DNA of 64,000 nucleotides from a virus (taxonomy: Duplodnaviria; Caudoviricetes): positions 1,915 through 65,914 of IMG/VR virus record IMGVR_UViG_3300047476_000928. One strand, given 5' to 3'. This document shows positions 46,731 through 56,911 of the stretch, piece by piece; within the stretch, counting starts at the first letter, position 1, and every line of letters starts with the position of its first letter. Under the pieces are notes generated by a model, which did no database searches, was not told where the DNA came from, and saw only the letters and a program-made list of their open reading frames with translations. The position numbers were made by a program, and so were the translations under genes.

Positions 46731-48062
46731 ATGGCTATTGGAGCAGGTAATATTGACCGTACCTTTTTGTCTACGGTTTCATTTACAAACACGTTAGAAC
46801 AACGTGAAATTTTAAAGGATGTATTAGACATCTATGATGAAGAAGCGTCTATGCTTGACGTATTAGATTGGACTGGTAAAGCTAAGGCTACAGCTCAAAC
46901 TGAATACTTCACAGTGCAGAACAACTTCTTGTATGCTACAGCTACAGTTAAAACTCCGGGTACTTCTGCGGGTTCTGCTGGTGCTTCTGTAGATATCACT
47001 TGCGTAGGCTCAACTTCTGTTAAGCCAGTAGTTGGCGAGTTAATCTTGTTTGCTAACGGTGTTGTAGGTTATGTTTCAGCTATTTCTTCTGCAACTGACT
47101 TCGTTATCACTGTTAAGCCTGTTAACTCTGCTGATGCTATCCCTGCTGTTGCAACTGGAGCGAAATTATCTTTCTTCTCTAACGCATACGCTGAAGGAAC
47201 TGCATCTAACCAAATGCGTAAATCAGATTTGATTAAGCGTTCAAACAAGTTACAAATCTTCAAAACTAAGACTTCTATCACTGATATCGCTTACGGTTCT
47301 AAGATTGAAGTTGAGTTTAAAGGAAAGCCTTACTACTTCTTAAAGCAACAACATGATGCATATTTAAAGCACCGTATGGATATTCTTTATGCTATCTTGT
47401 TCGGTCGTGAGTCAGCTGGTTTGACTGATGCTGCTGGTAACGCTATCAACACAACTCGTGGTTTGCGTGACACTATCGTTAACGCAGGTGGTATTACTTC
47501 ATCTGTAGCTACAGGTGGTACAGTTGCATTGTCTGACTTGTCAGCTTTGTCTCGTTTGATGGATGCTAACCGTTGCCCTTCAGAATACTTGTTATGGGCT
47601 GGTGCTGATTTTGATAACGCTTTTGATACTACTATCACAGCGGCTACTCAATTTGTTAACGGCGCTATCAACTACGGTTCATTCAATGGTAAGAAAGACG
47701 TAGCAATCGCTTTGGGTGTTAACTCAATCGCTGCTTACGGACGTACTTTCCACAAGAAGCGTTTAAATGCATTATCTCATCCACAAGTTACTTCTACAGC
47801 AACTAACGTAAACTACACTAAAGAGGCTTACTTAGTTCCTGCTGGAAAGATTAAGGTTGAGCAAGGTGGTGGACAGGTAGACCGCATGATGGTTCGTTAC
47901 CTAGAAATGCCTGAAGGATTGAACTCTCGTTTCCGTGAGAAGATGTTGGGTGGTTTAGCGCCAACTCCAACTTCTGATACTGATACTTTGGACATCGTTT
48001 ACACTTCAATCGAAGGATTGGAGACTGTAGGTAATGACCACTTCGTTAAGTATTCAATCTAA
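46731..48062 (+). CDS. Major capsid protein
   Basis: 443 aa, strongly biased codon usage, N..QIFK...I, LFG..T.GL HK97-like motifs, followed by a terminator. Confidence 0.85.
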   Translation: MAIGAGNIDRTFLSTVSFTNTLEQREILKDVLDIYDEEASMLDVLDWTGKAKATAQTEYFTVQNNFLYATATVKTPGTSAGSAGASVDITCVGSTSVKPVVGELILFANGVVGYVSAISSATDFVITVKPVNSADAIPAVATGAKLSFFSNAYAEGTASNQMRKSDLIKRSNKLQIFKTKTSITDIAYGSKIEVEFKGKPYYFLKQQHDAYLKHRMDILYAILFGRESAGLTDAAGNAINTTRGLRDTIVNAGGITSSVATGGTVALSDLSALSRLMDANRCPSEYLLWAGADFDNAFDTTITAATQFVNGAINYGSFNGKKDVAIALGVNSIAAYGRTFHKKRLNALSHPQVTSTATNVNYTKEAYLVPAGKIKVEQGGGQVDRMMVRYLEMPEGLNSRFREKMLGGLAPTPTSDTDTLDIVYTSIEGLETVGNDHFVKYSI

Positions 48063-48074
48063 TTTGAGTAAACT

Positions 48075-48103
48075 AAGGGGGAGGGAAATCTTCCCCCTTT
48101 TTT
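48075..48103 (+). terminator. Intrinsic terminator
   Basis: AAGGGGGAGG-gaaa-TCTTCCCCCTT followed by a T run. Confidence 0.8.
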
Positions 48104-48125
48104 AATAAAACCAAACATAATACAA

Positions 48126-48941
48126 ATGAAAGCATCAGAATATAATCAATTTTCGCCTGCGCTTAAAAAAACAATGAAGCCTGACGAAAGAGCAACGTAT
48201 CGTATCTTAAATGTCAAGCCAGATAACGATAATCCCGGAAAATTTTTAATGCCATCTGCATATCAGATTCGTCCTACTGACGTCGTTTACGACAAAATGA
48301 AGAACGACTTTGTTACGATTGCAGCAATTGAGCGTCAAGACAATGATGGTAATCCAGTGTTTTTGAACATTGTATTTACATCAGCAAATATGGGCTACCT
48401 ATTTTTAAATGGAAGTAACCCTGTTCATCAAAAAATATATCAATACTTAGAGCTATCCAATTACAACGAATCTAATAAGGATAGAAACATGGAATATGAA
48501 GCAGTCTTTTATCGCGTAGATAATAAAAAAGAAGCGATGGAAGAGCGGCAAATGCGTAAATTAATCGTAAAAGCTGTTAATATTGCATTAGATTTAGATG
48601 ACAAAAAAGCCAAAGAGGTAGCATTAGCACTAGGTATTGATGCTGAATCAATGGAAGAGATTAGAAACTTGCTAGAAGATTACGCAGGAGATGAGCCAGA
48701 AGAGTTCATGGCTGTAGTAGAGCGCTCTTCATTAGAAAGCGAAAGCGTACTAAAAGAAGCTATCAAGCAAGGAATTATTAAGAATAACGTACAAGAAAGC
48801 GCATTTATGTGGGCTGAAACAGAGAAGGAAATCTATAAGTACAAGAAATCTGCTGGTAAAAACTACGTTAAGGAATTAGCTGAATACCTAGAAGAGAACA
48901 ATCCTAATGAGCTAAATGCCATTAAGACCCGATTGGGGTAA
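48126..48941 (+). CDS. Conserved head-associated/assembly protein
   Basis: 271 aa directly after the MCP, as in crAss-like genomes. Confidence 0.5.
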   Translation: MKASEYNQFSPALKKTMKPDERATYRILNVKPDNDNPGKFLMPSAYQIRPTDVVYDKMKNDFVTIAAIERQDNDGNPVFLNIVFTSANMGYLFLNGSNPVHQKIYQYLELSNYNESNKDRNMEYEAVFYRVDNKKEAMEERQMRKLIVKAVNIALDLDDKKAKEVALALGIDAESMEEIRNLLEDYAGDEPEEFMAVVERSSLESESVLKEAIKQGIIKNNVQESAFMWAETEKEIYKYKKSAGKNYVKELAEYLEENNPNELNAIKTRLG

Positions 48942-48986
48942 ATCCGACAACAGGATAGATTGTTTTTTGTTTGGTTTCGGTTGATT

Positions 48987-49022
48987 AGAAGGGGCTGCAT
49001 ATTGCGGCTCCTTTCTTTTTTT
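48987..49022 (+). terminator. Intrinsic terminator
   Basis: GAAGGGGCTGCA-tat-TGCGGCTCCTTTC followed by a T run. Confidence 0.65.
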
Positions 49023-49036
49023 ATAATAAAAATAGT

Positions 49037-49044
49037 TATCTTTG
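49037..49044 (+). promoter_or_regulatory. -7 box TATCTTTG
   Basis: Consensus match upstream of ATG 49068. Confidence 0.6.
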
Positions 49045-49067
49045 GAGAAACTTATAATTGTCATATA

Positions 49068-52000
49068 ATGCCGGCAAATTTCAGCGTCCAATTTATTGTA
49101 AACGAAAAAACCCAATCACGGGTTTTGAAGTTAACTGATGCATCAAGTGGTTTTACGTTAGCTAAAGGTAACTTTTCTATAACATTCCCAGATGGTTCTA
49201 CGAGAATCAAAACAGATTTTACGAGCCCTGATATTTCAGCTCCATTGGCGAATATTAGCATACCAGCGGTATTAGACACTAATAATAATGTAATTACAGG
49301 GACATACAAGATTGATTTTGTTGCATTAGACGCATCAAATACATCTTATTCATCGTCAAAATCATTTGATTTTAACTGGGTTAAGCCATCAAATGGTATA
49401 ACAAATTTGTCGGACGTATTAATACCTGAAGTTAAGTATCAAGATACAACATCGTATTCCCCAATAGGCAGCTTTACAGGTTCGGTAACAAGAACATTAT
49501 CAGCATCATTTCCAACTACATCAGAGGCATCTGGCGGTTCAGTATCTACTGTATCGTCAAATTTAATTGATATGGTTAGCTCTGGTAAGTATTACGATGG
49601 AACATACACTCCTACTTCAGATGTATTAGTTAACTATACTCATAGCTCAAATTCATGGTTAACAATAAGCTATATTGAATTATTTACTAAGACATTCTTA
49701 ATAAAGCGTTGTCCAACTCAAATTGACCTTATAAATAAAATAAACACCTACAGGGGTGTGATTGAAGCATATAAGGAGAAAAACGATACTCAATTTAATA
49801 TACTAAGCGAGCAATATGATTTAGCTATTGCATTATATTCGCATGTAATTGCAAGATATGAAACATCTACTCAAGATGGCTCCGAAGGTCAATTAAGAGA
49901 GTTGCTTTCTATTTTAGAGCCATATTCAACATCATATACGCCACAATTAACAAGGATGCTTCCGTTTGAACTTGCTTCTACGGGCTCAAACTCGTTTAGC
50001 ATATCTGACGGAACAAATACTGACCAAATACCACTTGGAAGCATTCTTACATTGTCTTCAGGTAATCCAGCATTAACTATTGGTGTTTCTAACAATTTAG
50101 TTACATATACGCCTACATTTGGTACAGCTATTAACACATTTGCGCAAGGTAATGATTCTCGCTTCCATAGCGCTGTAACTATTGGAACAGCTAACGGTCT
50201 TTCTTTGGCTTCTCAGGCACTTTCTCTTGCCGCTGCGACATCTAGTTCATCTGGAGCAATGAGCGCAGCAGATAAGGCAAAATTAGACGGTATTGCTGCT
50301 GGTGCAAATACAGGTACGGTAACAAGTATTGGAATTTCAGTTCCTTCTGCTTTTACAGTAAGTAATTCTCCTGTAACAACTAGCGGGACAATCAATATTT
50401 CTGCTACAGGTAATCCGCTTCAATACATTACTGGAGCTGGAGCTTTAGCTACATTAAATACAGGCGCAGTTCCTGAAAGTGGTAATTTGTACTTCACAAA
50501 TACTCGTTCTCGTTCTGCAATCTCTGTATCAGGTAGCTTGTCTTATGATTCTGGAACAGGGGTTATTTCATATACTACACCTAGCGAAACAGACCCTGTA
50601 TTTACAGCATCGGCTGCGTTTGGAATTTCTTCTACTAATATCAGTAACTGGAATACAGCTTACGGATGGGGAAATCACGCTTCGGCTGGATATCTAACTT
50701 CATCCTTAGCGTCAACAACATATCAGCCATTAGATGCAGATTTAACTGCTATTGCTGGATTAACAGGCACTAGTGGATTATTAAAAAAGACTTCGGCAAA
50801 TACTTGGAGCTTAGATACAAATACTTACCTAACCTCGTTTACGGAGACAGACCCAATTTTTGTTGCGTCTGCTGCCTATGGTATTACTAATACTAATATT
50901 AGCAATTGGAATACGGCATACGGTTGGGGAAACCACGCCTCCGCAGGATATTTAACATCAATTAATTCTTCTCAGATTACAACCGCTTTAGGTTACACTC
51001 CTGAGAATGCTGCTAATAAAGGTATTGCAAACGGATATGCAAGCTTAGATGGTGCTGGATTAGTTCCTTCTACGCAGTTGCCTTCTTACGTTGACGATGT
51101 ATTAGAGTATGCTGATTTAGCATCTTTGCCAGCAACGGGTGCGACAGGTAAGATTTATGTTACACTTGATACAAACAAGATTTATCGCTGGAGTGGAACT
51201 GTTTACGTTGAGATTAGCTCATCTGCTGGTGGCGGTGGAACGTGGGGTAGTATCATTGGTGCGCTATCAAATCAAACAGATTTGCAGGCTGCTTTAGATG
51301 CTAAACAAAATTCACTTGGATTCACACCTGTAACTAACGCTCGTACTTTAACAATTAACGGCGTTACATACGATTTAACAGCAAATAGAAGCTGGACAGT
51401 TTCTGGAACAATGCCTGCTGGCGGAGCTGCTGGACAAATCTTATCTAAGATTGATGCTACAGATTACAATACTCAGTGGATTGATAATTATGCTGAGCAA
51501 GTAAAGCATAGCGTTAAACTTGGAGCAACTATTGCAAAAGGTAAGGCTGTTTACGTATCAGGTGCTGACGGGACTAATATGATTGTTTCTGCGGCATCAA
51601 ATGCTTCAGAGGCAACTTCCTCAAAAGTTCTTGGATTACTAGAAACTGGTGGAGTAACAAATGATATTGTAAAAGTTGTAACAGAAGGTCTTGTTGCTGG
51701 ATTAGATACATCTACCGCAACAGCAGGAGACCCTGTATGGTTAGGTACAGGAGGCAATCTTATATTTGGCTTAGCTAACAAACCCGTTGCTCCAGCTAAT
51801 TTAGTGTTTATTGGTGTCGTAACTAGGGTTCAATCTAACAATGGTGAGATTTTTGTTAATGTTCAGAATGGATTTGAATTAGATGAACTTCACAATGTTT
51901 TGCTTACATCTGAGGCTAATAAAGATTTAATTTACTACGATAACGCAACTAGCCTCTGGAAAAATGCTCAACTTTCAACTGTACTTGGATATACACCTGC

Positions 52001-54251
52001 AAACGACTCTGCTGTAGTTCATATTGCTGGAGCAGAAACTATTACAGGAACTAAAACATTTAGAGGTAGCTCTACCAATGAAACTCCCACATTAGGGGCG
52101 AATATATTGTCATCTTCAGGGTGGGCTACAGGGGTAACTGGTTGGACAGGAGACTACACTAACGGATGGACAGTTGTTGGTTCTGGCTCAAGTCCAATGA
52201 CAAATACGCAGACTGCGGTAAGCAATACATTCTATGTATTATCCGTAACAGCAACAACATCCGTATCTGGAAAATATTTGAGCATAACATTTGGAGGCGG
52301 CTCATTCTTTGCATATTTTGCTTCAACAGGAACGCAGACTGTTAATGTAGAAGGCTTAACAACCTCAACTGGCACATTATCAATTTCTGCATCTGGTTTT
52401 GATGGAACAATTTCTGCAATAAGCTTTAAAACAAGAAATAGCACATCGTTGCCAATTGCTACATTTGCTTCGTCAACTGGGCTTAATCCAATTGATGTAA
52501 GAGCTGATAATGTAAGCTCAAGCAATAATATGTTTATTGGATTTGATGCTGGTAAAAGTGTATATCTTACCGCAAATTCAAATTTAGGTATTGGGTACAA
52601 TGTCTTAAAAACATTGCAGAATGGAATACAAAACATAGGAATTGGTTCTTCTGCATTAAATGCAAGTATTACAGGCTCAGGAAATATAGGAATTGGCGTA
52701 CAGGCTCTTTCTTCTTCTATATCAGGTCAATTTAATATTGCCATTGGTACAATTGCATTATCATATAATAAAGCATCGTACAACGTAGCTATTGGTTCTT
52801 CTGCCGCTTACAACAATACGACTGGAACATATAATGTTGCTCTTGGATTTAATACAATGTATGGAGCATCAAGCTCTACAGCCGCTTATAACACTGCATT
52901 AGGAGCTGAAACATTATATAATATAGCATCCAATTCAAATAACGTAGCTGTTGGATATCGGTCATTGTATAGTTTAGCTGGGTCAAATGGGAATAACGTA
53001 TCTATTGGATATCAAGCTGGTAGATATATTTCAGGTGGCTCAACTGCTGCTACAGATATTGCTAACTCAATTTTTATTGGACATAGTGCGTATCCGTTAG
53101 CAAATGCACAGACTAACCAAATTGTTATTGGACACGCTACCGTAGGCAATGGGTCAAATACGGTTACAATTGGAAACTCTTCAATTACGGCAAACTACTT
53201 TAGGGGTTCTATAAATGGAGGTTCGTTTGTAAAAAGCGGCGGAACTTCATCGCAATTTTTAAAAGCAGACGGCTCTGTTGATTCAAGCACTTATCTAACT
53301 TCATTTACAGAAACAGACCCAATTTATATAGCTAGTTCTTGGTACACTACAACTAATAACGCAAGCAACTGGGATACAGCTTATGGTTGGGGTAATCACG
53401 CTTCAGCAGGATATTTAACAACATCTACTGCGGCATCTGCTTACCAACCTTTAGATGCTGACTTAACTGCTATTGCAGGGCTTGCTGGAACAAGTGGTTT
53501 CTTAAAAAAGACAGCAGCTAATACTTGGAGCTTAGATACTAGCACTTACTTGACAAGTATTTCTTCACTTGACGTAACAAATGCTTTAGGATATACCCCT
53601 GTAACAAATGCTCGTGTATTAACAATTAATGGAACTGCATTTGATTTGTCAGCGAACAGAAGCTGGACAATTAGTGCTGGAACTACATTAAATGGAACTG
53701 GATTTGTAAAAGCATCAGGAACTACAATATCTTATGACAATAGCACATACTTTCCTACAAGTGGTGGAACTATAACTGGTAATGTAACAATAAGTAAGGC
53801 TAGCCCTTATTTAATTTTAACAAATACAACAACTGGAACATCAGGTCAAATATATCAAAGTGGCAATGATTTTTTTATACAAAATCCATCAACAGGTTGG
53901 CTTTATCTTGGCAATAGTACCAACACTTATGTATATGGGAATTTTTATGTTACAGGAGCTATTACAGAAGCATCAGCGTTGCGTTACAAAAAAGATATAA
54001 AAGTGATTGAATCTGGATTAGATAAAGTTCTTAAAATGCGTGGCGTTTCTTATGTCAAGAAAGATAACGAACAAAAAGAGATTGGTGTTATAGCAGAAGA
54101 AATGAATGAAATTATGCCTGATGTAGTAAATAAAAACAAAGAAGGTCAGGTTGAATCAGTTTCATATAGTAGATTAACTGCAGTGTTAATTGAAGCAGTA
54201 AAAGAACAACAAAAGCAGATTGAAGAATTGAAAAGTTTATTAGGTAAATAA
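49068..54251 (+). CDS. Long tail fibre with internal repeats and C-terminal intramolecular chaperone (S74-like)
   Basis: Start reassigned to MPANFS; ETDP/WNTAYGWGNH repeats, N.A.G adhesin-like repeats, S.LRYKKDI..GVIAEE..V.Y. Confidence 0.85.
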   Translation: MPANFSVQFIVNEKTQSRVLKLTDASSGFTLAKGNFSITFPDGSTRIKTDFTSPDISAPLANISIPAVLDTNNNVITGTYKIDFVALDASNTSYSSSKSFDFNWVKPSNGITNLSDVLIPEVKYQDTTSYSPIGSFTGSVTRTLSASFPTTSEASGGSVSTVSSNLIDMVSSGKYYDGTYTPTSDVLVNYTHSSNSWLTISYIELFTKTFLIKRCPTQIDLINKINTYRGVIEAYKEKNDTQFNILSEQYDLAIALYSHVIARYETSTQDGSEGQLRELLSILEPYSTSYTPQLTRMLPFELASTGSNSFSISDGTNTDQIPLGSILTLSSGNPALTIGVSNNLVTYTPTFGTAINTFAQGNDSRFHSAVTIGTANGLSLASQALSLAAATSSSSGAMSAADKAKLDGIAAGANTGTVTSIGISVPSAFTVSNSPVTTSGTINISATGNPLQYITGAGALATLNTGAVPESGNLYFTNTRSRSAISVSGSLSYDSGTGVISYTTPSETDPVFTASAAFGISSTNISNWNTAYGWGNHASAGYLTSSLASTTYQPLDADLTAIAGLTGTSGLLKKTSANTWSLDTNTYLTSFTETDPIFVASAAYGITNTNISNWNTAYGWGNHASAGYLTSINSSQITTALGYTPENAANKGIANGYASLDGAGLVPSTQLPSYVDDVLEYADLASLPATGATGKIYVTLDTNKIYRWSGTVYVEISSSAGGGGTWGSIIGALSNQTDLQAALDAKQNSLGFTPVTNARTLTINGVTYDLTANRSWTVSGTMPAGGAAGQILSKIDATDYNTQWIDNYAEQVKHSVKLGATIAKGKAVYVSGADGTNMIVSAASNASEATSSKVLGLLETGGVTNDIVKVVTEGLVAGLDTSTATAGDPVWLGTGGNLIFGLANKPVAPANLVFIGVVTRVQSNNGEIFVNVQNGFELDELHNVLLTSEANKDLIYYDNATSLWKNAQLSTVLGYTPANDSAVVHIAGAETITGTKTFRGSSTNETPTLGANILSSSGWATGVTGWTGDYTNGWTVVGSGSSPMTNTQTAVSNTFYVLSVTATTSVSGKYLSITFGGGSFFAYFASTGTQTVNVEGLTTSTGTLSISASGFDGTISAISFKTRNSTSLPIATFASSTGLNPIDVRADNVSSSNNMFIGFDAGKSVYLTANSNLGIGYNVLKTLQNGIQNIGIGSSALNASITGSGNIGIGVQALSSSISGQFNIAIGTIALSYNKASYNVAIGSSAAYNNTTGTYNVALGFNTMYGASSSTAAYNTALGAETLYNIASNSNNVAVGYRSLYSLAGSNGNNVSIGYQAGRYISGGSTAATDIANSIFIGHSAYPLANAQTNQIVIGHATVGNGSNTVTIGNSSITANYFRGSINGGSFVKSGGTSSQFLKADGSVDSSTYLTSFTETDPIYIASSWYTTTNNASNWDTAYGWGNHASAGYLTTSTAASAYQPLDADLTAIAGLAGTSGFLKKTAANTWSLDTSTYLTSISSLDVTNALGYTPVTNARVLTINGTAFDLSANRSWTISAGTTLNGTGFVKASGTTISYDNSTYFPTSGGTITGNVTISKASPYLILTNTTTGTSGQIYQSGNDFFIQNPSTGWLYLGNSTNTYVYGNFYVTGAITEASALRYKKDIKVIESGLDKVLKMRGVSYVKKDNEQKEIGVIAEEMNEIMPDVVNKNKEGQVESVSYSRLTAVLIEAVKEQQKQIEELKSLLGK

Positions 54252-54252
54252 T

Positions 54253-55248
54253 ATGGCATCATTAAAGAATACTACTATAAATGATACTGGACATCTTACG
54301 TTACCTGTAGGCACAACTGGTCAACGCCCATCTCCTGCAAATGGAATGATTAGATTTAATTCTGACTCAGGACAAATGGAATCTTACGTTGATGGAGCTT
54401 GGAGAACTGTTAGTGTAGATTATACTATTGAATTTGTACTGGTCGCTGGAGGTGGAGCTGGAGGAGGAGGTAGTAATGGTGGCGGCGGCGGAGGCGGTGG
54501 TGGAGTTATTATTAATAGCGGAACACTTGTTTCGCCAGGAACGGCGTACTCTATAGTTATTGGAGGTGGTGGAGGTGCTGTTATTGGAAGTGGAGCTAGA
54601 GGAAATCAGGGAGGTAATAGTACGGCATTTGGATTTACAGCCATTGGTGGAGGAGGTGGAAACGCTAACGGAAACTGGGGCGAAGCTCAAAATGACGGAG
54701 GCTCTGGTGGCGGCGGAGGTCGTGATACAGTTTGGGGAGATAGATTTTCATTTGGGTACGGGACTGTTGGTCAAGGTAATAATGGTGCTGGCGCTTTTAA
54801 GGGAGGTTATGCTTCTGCTGGTGGAGGTGGAGGGGCTGGAAACGGTGGTTATACAGGTGGAGATGACTTAAATGGAAGATATGACCCGATATCTTGTGGA
54901 GGCGAGGGTGCTTTAATTAACTGGACTGGGACTAATTTTTATTATGGTCCTGGTGGTGGAGGAGCTTTTGAAAACGCATACGGAAATGCAAATGGTCCTG
55001 CTCCTGGCGGAAAAGGTCTTGGTGACGGAGGCGGATATGGCGCTACAAATCAAGCAAGCCCAACATCTGGGACAGCAAACAGAGGTGCTGGAGGAGGTGG
55101 AGCTAAAAGTAGTTGGTCTGGAGCAGGCGGCTCAGGCAGATGTGTTATAAGATATGCAGGACCTCAACGCGGCTCTGGCGGAACAGTTGTTTCTTATGGA
55201 GGATATACTGTTCACACATTCGACGGAACTGGAACTTTTACAGCATAA
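54253..55248 (+). CDS. Glycine-rich (polyglycine II) adhesin-like protein A
   Basis: MASLKNTTINDTG anchor, LVAGGG(n) repeats, HTF..GTF end. Confidence 0.75.
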   Translation: MASLKNTTINDTGHLTLPVGTTGQRPSPANGMIRFNSDSGQMESYVDGAWRTVSVDYTIEFVLVAGGGAGGGGSNGGGGGGGGGVIINSGTLVSPGTAYSIVIGGGGGAVIGSGARGNQGGNSTAFGFTAIGGGGGNANGNWGEAQNDGGSGGGGGRDTVWGDRFSFGYGTVGQGNNGAGAFKGGYASAGGGGGAGNGGYTGGDDLNGRYDPISCGGEGALINWTGTNFYYGPGGGGAFENAYGNANGPAPGGKGLGDGGGYGATNQASPTSGTANRGAGGGGAKSSWSGAGGSGRCVIRYAGPQRGSGGTVVSYGGYTVHTFDGTGTFTA

Positions 55249-55250
55249 TT

Positions 55251-56303
55251 ATGGCAAGTTTAAAAAATACAACAATTAACGATACAGGCTTTATTCAGCT
55301 TCCTTCTGGAACTACAGCTCAAAGACCCGCTGGAGTTAATGGAATGATGCGCTATAATACTACATTAGCAGCTATTGAAATATACAATGGGGCGACATCT
55401 AGTTGGAATACATTAATTAGCGGAGGTTACACTGTAGACGTATTAATTGCTGCTGGCGGCGGCGGTGGAGGAGCAGGTGGTACTATTTGGTATGGAGGAG
55501 GAGGCGGAGGCGGCGCTGGTGGTCTTCGAGTTATTAGCAATATATCTGTGGCTACAAATACAGCATACCCTATTGTAATTGGAGCAGGAGGCTGCGGCTC
55601 TCAGACTAATAGTCAAGGAACAATTTATTGGGGGTCTAACGGAGGAAACTCATCTGCTTTTGGATACACATCAACAGGTGGAGGACACGGCGGCAGTTTT
55701 AACGGAGAAGGACCTTACTGGTATGGTCAAGATGGAGGCTCAGGTGGAGGTGCTGGTCGCGATAAAACATCAGGCAACGGAGCAGGTATAGCTGGACAGG
55801 GTTACAGTGGAGCTACAGCTTATGCTGGCGGATATGCTTCTGCTGGCGGCGGTGGTGGTGCTGGAGGCGCAGGCTATCAAGGTGGCGCTGACGGACAGGG
55901 TCAATATGTGTCTGGATTGCAGTCTGCTGGAGGCATTGGCTTATATTATGATTGGACAGGTAGTGGTATATATTATTGCGGAGGAGGAGGAGGCTCTTGG
56001 TCATCACCTGTTGGTGGCGTTGGTGGTGTTGGTGGAGCTGGCTACAATAATGGAGGCGGCAACGGAAGCGGGAGTCAATCTATCGGAGGAACTGCTGGTT
56101 TAGCCAATAGGGGTCAAGGAGGTGGAGGCGCTCACTCTAATAAAGGAGATAATGGCGGATACGGTTCTACTGGTTTTGCAGGAGGGTCAGGAGTAGTTTT
56201 AATTAGATACTTAGGACCTCCAAAAGCAAAAGGAGGTATTATTACTCAGTATAATGGATACACTTGTCATCAGTTTAATGGTTCAGGAAACTTTATAGCT
56301 TAA
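55251..56303 (+). CDS. Glycine-rich adhesin-like protein B
   Basis: Start reassigned to 55251; paralog of A. Confidence 0.75.
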   Translation: MASLKNTTINDTGFIQLPSGTTAQRPAGVNGMMRYNTTLAAIEIYNGATSSWNTLISGGYTVDVLIAAGGGGGGAGGTIWYGGGGGGGAGGLRVISNISVATNTAYPIVIGAGGCGSQTNSQGTIYWGSNGGNSSAFGYTSTGGGHGGSFNGEGPYWYGQDGGSGGGAGRDKTSGNGAGIAGQGYSGATAYAGGYASAGGGGGAGGAGYQGGADGQGQYVSGLQSAGGIGLYYDWTGSGIYYCGGGGGSWSSPVGGVGGVGGAGYNNGGGNGSGSQSIGGTAGLANRGQGGGGAHSNKGDNGGYGSTGFAGGSGVVLIRYLGPPKAKGGIITQYNGYTCHQFNGSGNFIA

Positions 56304-56307
56304 TATT

Positions 56308-56487
56308 ATGGCATCTTTAAAGAATACAACAATTAACGACACAGGCTTTTTGCAATTGCCAGCAGGCTCAAATGCACAACGACCTTCTGGCTCAAATGGA
56401 ATGATTAGAGTAAATACAAACACAACACCCTATGTTCTTGAAATATATAAATCAGGGGCTTGGAGAATTTTAAAAGTATTATCATAA
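56308..56487 (+). CDS. Stand-alone anchor paralog C (59 aa)
   Basis: Translated by hand: MASLKNTTINDTGFLQLPAGSNAQRPSGSNGMIRVNT...GAWRILKVLS; TAATG coupling to the next gene. Confidence 0.7.
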   Translation: MASLKNTTINDTGFLQLPAGSNAQRPSGSNGMIRVNTNTTPYVLEIYKSGAWRILKVLS

Positions 56488-56885
56488 TGGCACATTTTGC
56501 ACAAATAGACGAAAATAATATTGTAGTACAAGTTGTAGTTATTGGCGACGAATACGAGAATAGAGGACAAGAGTACCTAGCAGAAGAACTTGGATTAGGT
56601 GGAACTTGGCTAAAAACATCTTATAATACAAGAGCAGGGGAGCATATTTTAGGAGGAACTCCTTATAGGAAAAATTATGCAGGAAAGGGAGATAGATACG
56701 ACCCTGATTTAGACGCGTTTATACCTAAATGTCCTTATCCATCTTGGGTTGACATTGATTTGGATAAGTGTATTCATATACCTCCCGTTCCTATGCCCGA
56801 AGTTTTGCCTACTGACAATTTCTATTACAATTGGGATGAAGAAAGTCAGCAATGGGTTAAGTACGAAAACAGCACTAATTATTAA
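56487..56885 (+). CDS. Tail fibre assembly/associated protein (MAHFA family)
   Basis: MAHFAQID.NN.V..V, TSYNT, RKNYAG, D.FI..PYPSW, WDE...W. Confidence 0.65.
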   Translation: MAHFAQIDENNIVVQVVVIGDEYENRGQEYLAEELGLGGTWLKTSYNTRAGEHILGGTPYRKNYAGKGDRYDPDLDAFIPKCPYPSWVDIDLDKCIHIPPVPMPEVLPTDNFYYNWDEESQQWVKYENSTNY

Positions 56886-56897
56886 TAAAAAATACTT

Positions 56898-56905
56898 TAC
56901 CTTTG
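56898..56905 (+). promoter_or_regulatory. -7 box TACCTTTG
   Basis: Consensus match immediately upstream of ATG 56912. Confidence 0.5.
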
Positions 56906-56911
56906 CTTAAT

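Noticed and set aside
49068-56487. Diversity-generating retroelement acting on fibres
   Set aside because: No reverse transcriptase in the window; repeat differences are not adenine-specific and all copies are coding
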